A stretch of 47,129 nucleotides of DNA, taken from positions 1-47,129 of the forward strand of contig JAHQWJ010000034.1 in the NCBI GenBank assembly GCA_029856125.1, given 5' to 3'. Position numbers and translations under genes: made by a program. Under the pieces are notes generated by a model. It had not been told where the DNA came from, did no database searches, and was given only the letters and a program-made list of their open reading frames with translations. Below are positions 27,663 through 37,242 of this stretch, piece by piece (positions within the stretch are counted from its first letter, which is position 1; the number at the start of each line of letters is the position of its first letter). This DNA is from Promethearchaeia archaeon. Its GTDB lineage: Archaea > Asgardarchaeota > Lokiarchaeia > Sigyniarchaeales > SOKP01.

Positions 27663-29150
27663 ATGAATTATAAAATGAAAAAAGAATTAGAAAAAGACTT
27701 ATCTAAAATAATTAAAAAAGAACGGTTTCAAGGCAACATGGTCAAATATGTCTCTGGAATTGGTAAAATTCTATTATTTGTACTTCCTATTCTTCTATTA
27801 ATAGTAACCATTCTAGCTTTTATATCAGTATTGGACTTCACGTTAAAAATTGTATTCTTCGTAATCTTAGGATTATATGCCTTCAATTCAATAATGCTAT
27901 TTCTAGGAGCAAATTCTACAAATTCTTCTCTTAAATTACGATTAAAAGTTGAAAGAAAAAGAGGAAGACCAATAGACAGCCTTGATGGTTTTGAAATGCT
28001 GTTTTCTAGCGTTAAAAGAGTTGTTAACTTGCTAAAAATTATTGCCACAATATGTTTTGTAGCACTTATTTTATTCTTAGTAATGTTGTTACTTGGAGAC
28101 CTTAACTTAGGATTCGCAGCAGCAGGATTTGCGCTAATTGGGTTAGGATTAGCGATTATCATTCGCAGTTTAAATCTCAACATTCACGATGTCAATGGGT
28201 TACAAGATTTTTATAAACCTACAACTCATCAGATTTTTCTAGACAATTTCTTTGGAGAAATATTTTCTGATCATTTAGATCCTATTACATATCTTAAATG
28301 GGACGAATACTTAGCAGGGATAGATAAACTTTTAACGCCAACTTTTATTCAAAAGGTAAAAGAAACCGAGGAAGATGAACTACCAATAACTTTTGGAATT
28401 GAATCAATATTATTCTTATACTACTTACAATATCAAGGCGTTTTATCAGATGAACAATTTACTCGTGAATTAAAAGAAGTAATTAATGTAGATTCTGCTT
28501 CTTTTGATATTAAAAGGGGGTTGTTAATTGATGGTATGTGGTATTTCTCTACTTCTGATATCTATAAATTATTCAATTACATTAAAAAATACAATCCTGG
28601 CTTTTTTAACATCATTGATAGGCTTCAACTAGAATTAGCTGACAATATCGAAAGGTTATCGAAAGATCCAATATATATGGATTCCTCAGCCCAAGAAGTA
28701 GTATTTTTGAATGCGGAACTAAATATTTTGATCTTTCTATATAATAATGCCCCAGACGATAAAAACTATACTATAAAAGTAGTTGCCCCTGGATTTGAAC
28801 CTAGCAAATTGAAGTTAGATATCAAAGTCGAAGGAAGAGGAAGCTTTTTAATTCCAAATAAACCCATTCCCCTAATTTCTTCTGAAAGTACTGATATTGC
28901 CAGTGTATTATCAACAATGCTAGAAAACGGGGATACAACTTGGTTAACTTTAGAACCAAGAGAGACGGGAGAACAGACGATTCAAATTTTCTTGATGTCT
29001 TCTGATGGAACTATTATAGAAGGGAAAACAAGAACGATAAAAGTTACCAAAGACATGAAGACTTACCTGAAAAAACTGACTTCTATTGGCTCCTTACTTG
29101 GTGGGTTGGCCGTTCCATTAGCAAAAATCCTTCCCACTTTAATACAATAA
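27663..29150 (+). CDS. Membrane protein of unknown function (4 N-terminal TM helices, large soluble region, hydrophobic C-terminal helix)
   Basis: 495-aa ORF with two hydrophobic hairpins, a beta-rich C-terminal domain and a terminal SIGSLLGGLAVPLAKIL helix. Confidence 0.8.
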   Translation: MNYKMKKELEKDLSKIIKKERFQGNMVKYVSGIGKILLFVLPILLLIVTILAFISVLDFTLKIVFFVILGLYAFNSIMLFLGANSTNSSLKLRLKVERKRGRPIDSLDGFEMLFSSVKRVVNLLKIIATICFVALILFLVMLLLGDLNLGFAAAGFALIGLGLAIIIRSLNLNIHDVNGLQDFYKPTTHQIFLDNFFGEIFSDHLDPITYLKWDEYLAGIDKLLTPTFIQKVKETEEDELPITFGIESILFLYYLQYQGVLSDEQFTRELKEVINVDSASFDIKRGLLIDGMWYFSTSDIYKLFNYIKKYNPGFFNIIDRLQLELADNIERLSKDPIYMDSSAQEVVFLNAELNILIFLYNNAPDDKNYTIKVVAPGFEPSKLKLDIKVEGRGSFLIPNKPIPLISSESTDIASVLSTMLENGDTTWLTLEPRETGEQTIQIFLMSSDGTIIEGKTRTIKVTKDMKTYLKKLTSIGSLLGGLAVPLAKILPTLIQ

Positions 29151-29170
29151 TTTTTTTTTATTTTTTTATT
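29151..29170 (+). terminator. Probable oligo(T) terminator
   Basis: T9-A-T7 immediately after the stop codon. Confidence 0.45.
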
Positions 29171-29233
29171 AATTTGTGTCTTAAAATTATATCTCGCTAT
29201 CGTCATAAACGAATTATTTCAAAAGATACAATG

Positions 29234-29243
29234 GATTATAATC
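29234..29243. promoter_or_regulatory. GATTATAATC palindrome upstream of the second metVF pair
   Basis: Same core as the palindrome at 14781-14794. Confidence 0.3.
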
Positions 29244-29471
29244 AAAATAAGAATGAAGTTTAGATTATTTTCTAATTTATTTTATCATGCGCTATGATTT
29301 GCAAGGTTTTCGATCAGCTAGTTTTCATAATTCGATAAAATTATCATTTTTATACATTTTATTGTTAATTTATTGTAAAGATCAAGTTAAAATGGATTCA
29401 TTAATTTTTTCTAAATATTATAAGATTAAAATTTAAAATCTATTAAAATCAAAAAAGATGAGATAAAAGTC

Positions 29472-30143
29472 ATGGTTGTAATAACTACAAAAAAACCAGA
29501 GGAAGAAGTTTTTGAAGCTCTTAATAATTATCAAGTAAAAAATGTATTAGTTGTGAGCTGTGGAGTTTGTGCGGCTCTCTGTCAAACAGGAGGGAGTGAA
29601 GGGGCTGAAGAATGGTCGGAAAAACTAAAAGAAAGAGGTTTTAATGTTACCAATGCAATTGTGAGCGAAGATGTTTGCGATAACCGCGTGATGAAAAAAG
29701 ATTTACGCAAGATTGATGAGGATGTTAAAAAATCTGACGCTATTTTAACGCTAGCCTGCGGTTTAGGAGTACAATCAATTATTCAAGTTCTTTCAAAAAA
29801 TCATCCAGAAATACCTGTTTTTACGGCTAATAACACTGAGTTTATAGGTATGACAGAGCGCATCGGACGCTTTTATATGCGCTGTCAAGGGTGTGGAGAC
29901 TGTTTATTAAACGAAACTGGTGGAATTTGTCCTGTAACAACTTGCGCGAAAGCGCTTATGAATGGTCCTTGCGGTGGAATGGTTGATAGTAAGTGTGAAG
30001 TGGGTAACTACGAGAAAGATTGTGGATGGGTATTGATTTATAATCGTTTGAAAGAATTAGGACGTTTGGATTTGTTCGCAAAATTAAGAGACCCCTTAGA
30101 TTGGAGTGATATTGGTCATCAAAGAGAAGTCGTTTGGAGGTAG
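29472..30143 (+). CDS. metV: MetV paralogue 2 (MTHFR small Fe-S subunit)
   Basis: SCGVCAALCQTGG, ACGLGVQ, CQGCGDC.L.ETGGICP..CAK.LMNGPCGG...KCEV...DCGW. Confidence 0.92.
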   Translation: MVVITTKKPEEEVFEALNNYQVKNVLVVSCGVCAALCQTGGSEGAEEWSEKLKERGFNVTNAIVSEDVCDNRVMKKDLRKIDEDVKKSDAILTLACGLGVQSIIQVLSKNHPEIPVFTANNTEFIGMTERIGRFYMRCQGCGDCLLNETGGICPVTTCAKALMNGPCGGMVDSKCEVGNYEKDCGWVLIYNRLKELGRLDLFAKLRDPLDWSDIGHQREVVWR

Positions 30144-30145
30144 AG

Positions 30146-31081
30146 ATGAAAATGACAGAAATAAAAACATATTCCAAATTAGGTGAAGCTATCGCAAAGG
30201 GTGAATTTGTATTAACTGGAGAACTTGAACCTGAAAAGACAACAGATCTTTCCCACACGATCCAAGAAGCCAAAGAGATGGCTCCATATGTTATTGCCGC
30301 AAATGTGACAGATAGTCCTTTAGGAATTGTAACAATTAATTCTATGGCTGCGACGCATTTAATCCAAAAAGCAACCGGTTTAGAATGCGTTTGGCAAATG
30401 ACTGTGAGGGATGTTAATAAGTTAGGAATTGCTGGAATGATAATGGGTGCACACGCTCTAGGGATACGCAACGTACTTGCCCTTACAGGAGACCACACAG
30501 CCTTAGGCGATATGCCCGAATCCAAGCCAGTTTTTGATCTTGACTCTGCAACTCTTATAAAGTTAGTGAGAGACATGGTTGATAGTGGTGCTATTAACGG
30601 CAATGAAATCGAAGCACCTCCAACATTACACGTCGGTGGGGCTGCCAATCCTAATGCTGAACCAATGGGTGCAGAAATATTAAAAATCGGTAGAAAAGCA
30701 GAAGCGGGTTGCGAATTTATACAAACTCAAGTTGTTTACGACCTCGATCGTACTATAGAGTTTTTAACAGAAATTAGGAAGTATAAAGTGCCGATATTAC
30801 TTGGAATCTTTCCTATGAAGTCGTATGGAATTGCGAAAGGTTTTGACACGTTTGTGCCCGGCGTAAGCGTCCCTAAAGAGATTTTAGCTAAGTGGAAGAG
30901 CGTAAAGAAAGAAATTACCGATAAAAAGGAGCGGAAAGCATTATACGATCAATATAATTACGATTTCTTTAAACCCTTCATATCTGAATTGCGGAAAAAA
31001 AATCTACTCGACGGAGTCCATTGTATGGCAGTGCATTACCCTCGAATTTTTCCAAAATTAGACAGTATTATCAACGGATAA
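30146..31081 (+). CDS. metF: MetF paralogue 2 (methylenetetrahydrofolate reductase)
   Basis: TGELEP, ANVTDSP, QMTVRD, LALTGDH, FDLDS, FIQTQ, GVHCM; GGAGGT SD favours ATG 30146 or 30152. Confidence 0.92.
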   Translation: MKMTEIKTYSKLGEAIAKGEFVLTGELEPEKTTDLSHTIQEAKEMAPYVIAANVTDSPLGIVTINSMAATHLIQKATGLECVWQMTVRDVNKLGIAGMIMGAHALGIRNVLALTGDHTALGDMPESKPVFDLDSATLIKLVRDMVDSGAINGNEIEAPPTLHVGGAANPNAEPMGAEILKIGRKAEAGCEFIQTQVVYDLDRTIEFLTEIRKYKVPILLGIFPMKSYGIAKGFDTFVPGVSVPKEILAKWKSVKKEITDKKERKALYDQYNYDFFKPFISELRKKNLLDGVHCMAVHYPRIFPKLDSIING

Positions 31082-31257
31082 ATCTAAAGAATCTACACAT
31101 TTTTATTCTTTTTTTTTTAATGCACAAAAATATTGCCAGCTTTAATGTTTTTAACTTACTGATTAATTTTTAAATTAAGAAAAAATTCACATAAGATATA
31201 TTTAGAATAAGAAATATTAGCAATAGATAAATTAATTTTTAAGAGTTTGCATGTAAA

Positions 31258-32448
31258 ATGGTGGATATTAGCGAGATTAAAAATATTACAGTTGTAGGAG
31301 CAGGAGTTATGGGTTATGGAATAGCTCAAGTTGCTTTAATGGCTGGATATAATGTAACTTTAGTAGATGTAAAAAACAATATTGTTACAAATGGTTTTAC
31401 TAAAATTGAAGAGGGTTTAAAAAAAGCTCAGATAAAAGGTAAGCTAGAAGAAGGAGCTTCCGTTTCTAATATAATGTCAAGATGCAGAAAATCAATTGAT
31501 TTATCATCTGCAGTTAAAGAGAGCGATTTCGTATTTGAAGCAGTCGTAGAAAAATTAGACATTAAAAAACAAATTTGTAATTTAGTTATGGAAAATTCAT
31601 CCCCTCACTGCATTTTTGCTTCAAACACTTCTACTTTTAGAATAACAGACATCGCTGAAGATTCAATTAGGCCAGAAAATGTTATTGGAATGCATTTTTT
31701 TCTCCCCGTTGTCCTTCAATGCTGTGTTGAAGTAATGAAGGGTGAAAAAACATCTGATCGAGCTTTAGATATTGGTGTTGAAATTGGAAAAAGGTTACCC
31801 TGTCTTAAAGGAAAACGACTCTCAGTCCGAATTGAGAAAGAAAGCCCTGGATTTATTGCGAATAGATTACTTATGCCTCCAATTATTTATCTTAGCTGGA
31901 TTTTTGATATAGCTTTCGAGAAAGGCATTCCATGGGAACAAATCGATGCTGATGCCGAAGCACGAAAATTGATTCCAATGGGACCCTGCGAATTAACTGA
32001 CTATCTTGGTGTAGATACGTCTTACAATGTCTTGAAGAGTTACGAAATGATGTTTTCTCCTGATTTTGCCCCCGGAAAAGTTCTTACAAATCTTGTGATG
32101 AAAGGATATTTAGGAAGAAAATCAGGGCGAGGTTTTTACGACTGGACGGCGGGGAGACCAAAAATAAATTTAAATAAAAAAGCAGGAATTTTAAACCCAG
32201 AAATGACAATGGCTATTATGTTAAACGAGGGATGTAAGCTGTTAGAAGAGAAAATAGTTTCTGGATATAAAATTATAGACGATGTGATGTTAGCTGGAAC
32301 GAGTATGCCTGGCCCTTTTGGCCCTGGAAAAAGAAATTACGAAAAGTGGTCTAAATTGTTAGAAGACTTCGTGGAAATAAGTGATAAAAAATACCTTAAA
32401 CCTTGTAAGTTAATGAAATCTGGCGGTTTTATTCATATGCGAAAGTAA
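31258..32448 (+). CDS. 3-hydroxyacyl-CoA dehydrogenase
   Basis: VVGAGVMGYGIAQ, FEAVVE, ASNTS, GMHFF, PGFIANR, PMGP, LGRKSGRGFY; duplicated C-terminal domain. Confidence 0.93.
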   Translation: MVDISEIKNITVVGAGVMGYGIAQVALMAGYNVTLVDVKNNIVTNGFTKIEEGLKKAQIKGKLEEGASVSNIMSRCRKSIDLSSAVKESDFVFEAVVEKLDIKKQICNLVMENSSPHCIFASNTSTFRITDIAEDSIRPENVIGMHFFLPVVLQCCVEVMKGEKTSDRALDIGVEIGKRLPCLKGKRLSVRIEKESPGFIANRLLMPPIIYLSWIFDIAFEKGIPWEQIDADAEARKLIPMGPCELTDYLGVDTSYNVLKSYEMMFSPDFAPGKVLTNLVMKGYLGRKSGRGFYDWTAGRPKINLNKKAGILNPEMTMAIMLNEGCKLLEEKIVSGYKIIDDVMLAGTSMPGPFGPGKRNYEKWSKLLEDFVEISDKKYLKPCKLMKSGGFIHMRK

Positions 32449-32592
32449 TTCTATAGAATTTTTAATGCACGTTAATTAATTAACGAATATTCAAATGGAA
32501 GCAGATAGCAGATATCTCAATCGATCTCGTTTTTCTATAATCTTTAACTCATTAGTAAAAACTTTAAAAATGATAGAGGTAGAATTGAACTT

Positions 32593-34119
32593 ATGGAGAA
32601 ATTTGATTTAGTAGTTGTTGGATCTGGAGCGGGGCTAAATGTCCTTAATTATGGACTTCAAATCGGATTAAAGTGCGCTCTAGTTGAAAACGCGAAACTT
32701 GGGGCAACCTGTTTAACGCGTGGTTGTATTCCATCAAAAGTATTGGTTCACCCTGCAGACTTAATAAGAGAATCAGAGCATGCCGCTAAGGTAGGGATAA
32801 AATTTAAAGTCGAAGGTATTGATTGGGGCTTAATTGCTAAAAGAATGTGGAGTCAAATAGATGAAAGCAAAGAAATGGAAGAGGGGCTATCGCATGTATC
32901 AAATTTAAAACTTTATAAGGGAGTAGGTGAATTTATTGGAGATTATGAAATGCAGGTTAAATCTGTTGGGTCTGATAAAATTATCGGTCACTTTAAAGGA
33001 GAAAAATTTATCTTAGCTTCTGGTGCGCGTTCCTTTATTCCTCCTATACAAGGATTAGACGAAATCGAATACATCACAAACGAGAATTTCTTTGGTGATA
33101 AATTTCCTAAGAAGCCGTGGGAAAGTCTAATTATTATTGGGGGGGGAGTTATTGCAGCTGAATTTGCCCATATTTTTTCTGCTTTTGGTACAAAAGTAAC
33201 TATTGTTGAGATGTTACCTCGCTTAGTCATGACTGAGGAACCAGAAATAAGCGAATTCTTGGAGCGTAATTTTAAGAAACATATGACTGTGTTAGTAAAC
33301 CATAAGGCTATTAAAGTTGGTGCAAAAAAAAATCTGAAAATAGTAACCGTCCAAGATGTTGATAGTGGAAAAGAAATTGAATTACAAGCCGAAGAAATTT
33401 TAATTGCTACGGGGCGTCGTTCTAATGCTGATTTATTAGCGGTTGAGAAGACTGGGGTTGAAACTGACGAAAGAGGTTGGATTAAAACCAATTTATTCTT
33501 AGAAACTGCAAAACCGAACATTTGGTGCTTTGGAGACGCTAACGGTCTTTATCAATTCAGACATAAAGCAAACTATGAAGCAGATATTTGTGCTAACAAC
33601 ATTTTTGGTCCTGAAAGCGAAAAACAGAGTGCTGATTATTCAGTAATACCTTGGGCTATTTTTACGTCACCTCAAATAGGACACGTGGGTATGACTCAAA
33701 AAGAAGCTATAGAGAAAGGTCACGAGATATTCGTTGCCGTAAATCATTACTCTGGAGTAGCGAAAGGGTTTGCTATGGGTTATGAAAATGACGATGTAGA
33801 TAATGGTTTTGTTAAATTGATCATCGATAAATCATATAAATTATTAGGTGCACATGTGGTCGGACCTCACGCTGCGATACTTGTTCAACCCTTTGTATAT
33901 TTAATGAATGCTGGATATACTTGTGATTCTCCCGATTTTCCCGGAAGAACGGGGCCTAATAAGTTAGGTAGAGCTTGTCCTGAGGCTGGTTCTTTTATGC
34001 CGGTTTATAAATCGATGGTAATCCATCCCTCTCTTAATGAGGTGGCTGGTTGGGCAATTGGTAAAATGCGGCCAGTAAATATTAAATCCCAAGGACACGA
34101 ACATCAACACGAGCATTAA
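32593..34119 (+). CDS. Class I pyridine nucleotide-disulfide oxidoreductase (dihydrolipoyl dehydrogenase/mycothione reductase-like)
   Basis: VVGSGAG, GATCLTRGCIPSK, IIGGGVIAAEF, ATGR, GD, IHPSLNE. Confidence 0.9.
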   Translation: MEKFDLVVVGSGAGLNVLNYGLQIGLKCALVENAKLGATCLTRGCIPSKVLVHPADLIRESEHAAKVGIKFKVEGIDWGLIAKRMWSQIDESKEMEEGLSHVSNLKLYKGVGEFIGDYEMQVKSVGSDKIIGHFKGEKFILASGARSFIPPIQGLDEIEYITNENFFGDKFPKKPWESLIIIGGGVIAAEFAHIFSAFGTKVTIVEMLPRLVMTEEPEISEFLERNFKKHMTVLVNHKAIKVGAKKNLKIVTVQDVDSGKEIELQAEEILIATGRRSNADLLAVEKTGVETDERGWIKTNLFLETAKPNIWCFGDANGLYQFRHKANYEADICANNIFGPESEKQSADYSVIPWAIFTSPQIGHVGMTQKEAIEKGHEIFVAVNHYSGVAKGFAMGYENDDVDNGFVKLIIDKSYKLLGAHVVGPHAAILVQPFVYLMNAGYTCDSPDFPGRTGPNKLGRACPEAGSFMPVYKSMVIHPSLNEVAGWAIGKMRPVNIKSQGHEHQHEH

Positions 34120-34219
34120 AAAAAACCCTTCCTTTTTTTTTTATCATTCCTTTTATGACGAAAATTAAATCTAAGTAAAAACTTCAAATATTTAGCTTCT
34201 TTCAACAATTTAGAAAATA

Positions 34220-36100
34220 ATGGATTTGCATAAAAATCGATTAAGCCAAATTTTTACACCTGATTATATAGCGGAGTTCATGGTTAAAAACATTAAGCAA
34301 CATTATTTTTCATCACGTAATGGGTCTACCATTGATAAGATTAAGGTTCTCGAACCTAGTGCAGGTAAGGGAATCTTTCTTAAATATTTATTAAGCGAAG
34401 GATTTACTAATATTACTGCCTATGAATTAGATCAAAATTTAAAAATACCTCTTTTAAAAAGTTATCCGGATATCGAGTTTAAATTTGAGAATTTCTTAGG
34501 ATCAGATGTTAACGAAAAATTTGATATCATTATAGGAAATCCGCCTTATTTAGGACAAAACTACAACGCTCAAATTTTTCAAGAGCTTGTAAAGAACTAT
34601 TCGATTTGTAAAAAATATTTCGTTGGAAATATGGATTTATTTTATTTTTTCATTCATTTAGGAATAGATAAATTAAAACCGGGAGGATTATTATCATTTA
34701 TCACAACTAATTACTGGCTAACTAAATCAAAAAAGACTGGGATAAAGTTTCTTAAGCCTCACATTACAAACGATTGCTTCATGATACATTATATTGATTT
34801 ATCAAAGATTAAAGTTTTTAAAGACGCTAAAGGTCAGCATAATTGTATTTTTGTACTTCAAAAAAAGTACGCGAATGAAAAACATAAGAAAATCGATAAA
34901 ATTATTGATGTAATTCAATTAAAACAGCGAACTAACCATTTTAATGAAAAGTCAAATGGAAAACTCTTTACAGATATATTAAACAACCAAAATTCCCCAT
35001 ATTTGTTAAACTACACCTCAGCAATGACAAATAAAGATTTATCTAAAAAAAACAGCTGGATTTTAAAGTATCCTCTTGATGTAAAGAATGTTGTTGAACA
35101 GATTGAGAAGCATTGTAGGTTTAATGGGAGCACATCACATCTAACTGATTTTTTTGTCATTCGAAATGGGCTAATTCTGATTAAAGATGAAATTTTCATA
35201 TTAAAGGAGAATGAGAGCCTCAAAATTGTCGATACGGACATGTTTATCAAGATTGACAAAACTTTCGTAAAACTAAGCGATGAGGAAAAACAAAAACTAA
35301 AAAAAATATTTAAGAGTAAAGTCATACGGCCGTTCTCTTATGACAAGAGTGATTTTTCAGGTTATCTAATCTATTTTGATAAGAATGAATTTAAAAATCA
35401 AAACTTAACAATACGAAATGAACTAATAAAGGAGAAATATCCTAATCTAACAACATATTTAAATCAATACAAAGGAGACCTTGAAAATATACTGAGGAAT
35501 GCCAAAGAAAATATTAAAGACATTTATTTTCCACGAAGAGGAAGCTTAATTACTCAGTATGATATTGAAGATAGAAGAAAATTAGTTAATCTCGAACCTT
35601 ACTATGATAAGGAACCTAAGATATTTTTTAGTTACATTTCCAATTCAAATTCATTTGGATATACTAAAGATTCGTATTATGCTACCTCTGATACTTATTT
35701 CTTATGGGGAAGGGAAGGGAAGAACGACATAGATTACTTATTTCTTCTTGCTTATCTTAACTCGAAAATTATGAAATTTTTATTTTTAGCAAAAAATATA
35801 ATGATAAAGAGGAGCAAGACTAAATTGGAAGAAGAAATTCCAATCCCTAACACCTCTCTATTTAACTCTAAATATCAACTAGAATTAATTGATTTAATTC
35901 GATATTTCACTTCAAATGTAACTCAAAATATAGTTTCCATAGATGAAACCATATTATATAAATTAAGAGAAATATCTCCTAATACTTTTTCTCAAATCCG
36001 AAATGAAAAATATCCCCGAAGGATAATAGATATCTTACTTTTTAAACTATTTGGTTTAGCGGAGGAGGATATAGATCTTTTGATAGAGAAATACTACTAG
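34220..36100 (+). CDS. N6-adenine DNA methyltransferase (gamma class, TaqI/Eco57I-like) with C-terminal target-recognition domain
   Basis: FTP, VLEPSAGKGIF, IIGNPPY, DLFYFF, LKPGGLLSFIT, YLFLLAYLNS. Confidence 0.9.
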   Translation: MDLHKNRLSQIFTPDYIAEFMVKNIKQHYFSSRNGSTIDKIKVLEPSAGKGIFLKYLLSEGFTNITAYELDQNLKIPLLKSYPDIEFKFENFLGSDVNEKFDIIIGNPPYLGQNYNAQIFQELVKNYSICKKYFVGNMDLFYFFIHLGIDKLKPGGLLSFITTNYWLTKSKKTGIKFLKPHITNDCFMIHYIDLSKIKVFKDAKGQHNCIFVLQKKYANEKHKKIDKIIDVIQLKQRTNHFNEKSNGKLFTDILNNQNSPYLLNYTSAMTNKDLSKKNSWILKYPLDVKNVVEQIEKHCRFNGSTSHLTDFFVIRNGLILIKDEIFILKENESLKIVDTDMFIKIDKTFVKLSDEEKQKLKKIFKSKVIRPFSYDKSDFSGYLIYFDKNEFKNQNLTIRNELIKEKYPNLTTYLNQYKGDLENILRNAKENIKDIYFPRRGSLITQYDIEDRRKLVNLEPYYDKEPKIFFSYISNSNSFGYTKDSYYATSDTYFLWGREGKNDIDYLFLLAYLNSKIMKFLFLAKNIMIKRSKTKLEEEIPIPNTSLFNSKYQLELIDLIRYFTSNVTQNIVSIDETILYKLREISPNTFSQIRNEKYPRRIIDILLFKLFGLAEEDIDLLIEKYY

Positions 36101-36116
36101 AAGAGAGAATAAGAAG

Positions 36117-37175
36117 CTAACCGAATGATATACCTCCTGATTTTGTTAACAATCTCAAATCATCCCATAAATAACTTGTGTCGATCATTGTGGGAGAATT
36201 ACAGCTATAACATTTCTCACTCTCTTTAATGAATCTAACAAATTGAGGAAGTTGCAACACTTCACTGACAGAAGATTGTCGCAAATTAGCTAAAGGTTTA
36301 TCGATCTGAAGACAATTTTCAATGTCTCCATTATAGTTTACAAACATGAAAACTTTTTTCGTATGGCATATGTATTGTTTTTTACCACCAATAAAGTGGT
36401 TTAGATACATTTCTGAATTTAGTATTTTTGAACCGTTCTTTTTAGCGTCTAAAATTCTTTCAAATGCTTTACTAATATCTTTATCACTCGCATAAAGCAT
36501 CCCTTTCTCATCTACATCACCGTGTGAATAATGTCGGATAGTATTAATTACATTAAAAGCTACAGGAATTCCAATTTTATCTGATAAAATTATCATTTCC
36601 TCAACACGATTTATATTATATTTACTAATTGTAAAGCTAAATTGAAGTGAAATCAATGGATAGCTTTCTTTAATGATCGGAACAGAATTCATTATTTTAT
36701 CATACAATCCAGGTAACCTTCTAATCTGATCATGTTCTTCCGCTCTAGGGGAGTCCAGAGAGATAAGAATAAAATTTATATCGTCTCCAAATTCTTTGAT
36801 TTTATCTGGAAGGAACCAACCATTCGTCACTATCCCAACAATTGTAAACTTTAGATCCCTTTTTACAAATTTAATAATCTCAGTAATATCTTTTCTAATG
36901 AGGGGTTCTCCACCCCATAGAATAGTTACTACAAATCCTGCTTCCTTTGCTTCCGAATAAATACGCTTAATTTCCTCAAGAGTTAGTTCATCTTTTTTCA
37001 TATTGTTTTTCCAAAGACAAGTTTCACAATCGCAATTACACTTTAAGGTTGTTAGAAAGTGAAATATAAATGGCTTTCCATTCTTCTCCTTAGCAGTTTT
37101 TGCAGCTAGCGCTAATTCGGCAATTTGCTGTTTTTTCTTTCTTTTAATTTGTTTATTAATTAACTCTTGTTCCAT
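36117..37175 (-). CDS. Radical SAM protein with C-terminal Cys-containing (SPASM/Twitch-like) domain
   Basis: CNCDCETC, GGEPL, TNG, ISLD...HDQIR, C-terminal C...NGDIENC...CYSC. Confidence 0.88.
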   Translation of the reverse strand: MEQELINKQIKRKKKQQIAELALAAKTAKEKNGKPFIFHFLTTLKCNCDCETCLWKNNMKKDELTLEEIKRIYSEAKEAGFVVTILWGGEPLIRKDITEIIKFVKRDLKFTIVGIVTNGWFLPDKIKEFGDDINFILISLDSPRAEEHDQIRRLPGLYDKIMNSVPIIKESYPLISLQFSFTISKYNINRVEEMIILSDKIGIPVAFNVINTIRHYSHGDVDEKGMLYASDKDISKAFERILDAKKNGSKILNSEMYLNHFIGGKKQYICHTKKVFMFVNYNGDIENCLQIDKPLANLRQSSVSEVLQLPQFVRFIKESEKCYSCNSPTMIDTSYLWDDLRLLTKSGGISFG

Positions 37176-37242
37176 AAATATATCTGTTATAAAGGATTAT
37201 TTATGATTAACGAAATTAGTGCTTTTAGTTAATTGATTTTTA

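Noticed and set aside
27728-28183. Long antisense ORFs (also 29956-30648, 32988-33521, 41327-41638 and other short track ORFs)
   Set aside because: Shadows of well-supported genes on the opposite strand or frame
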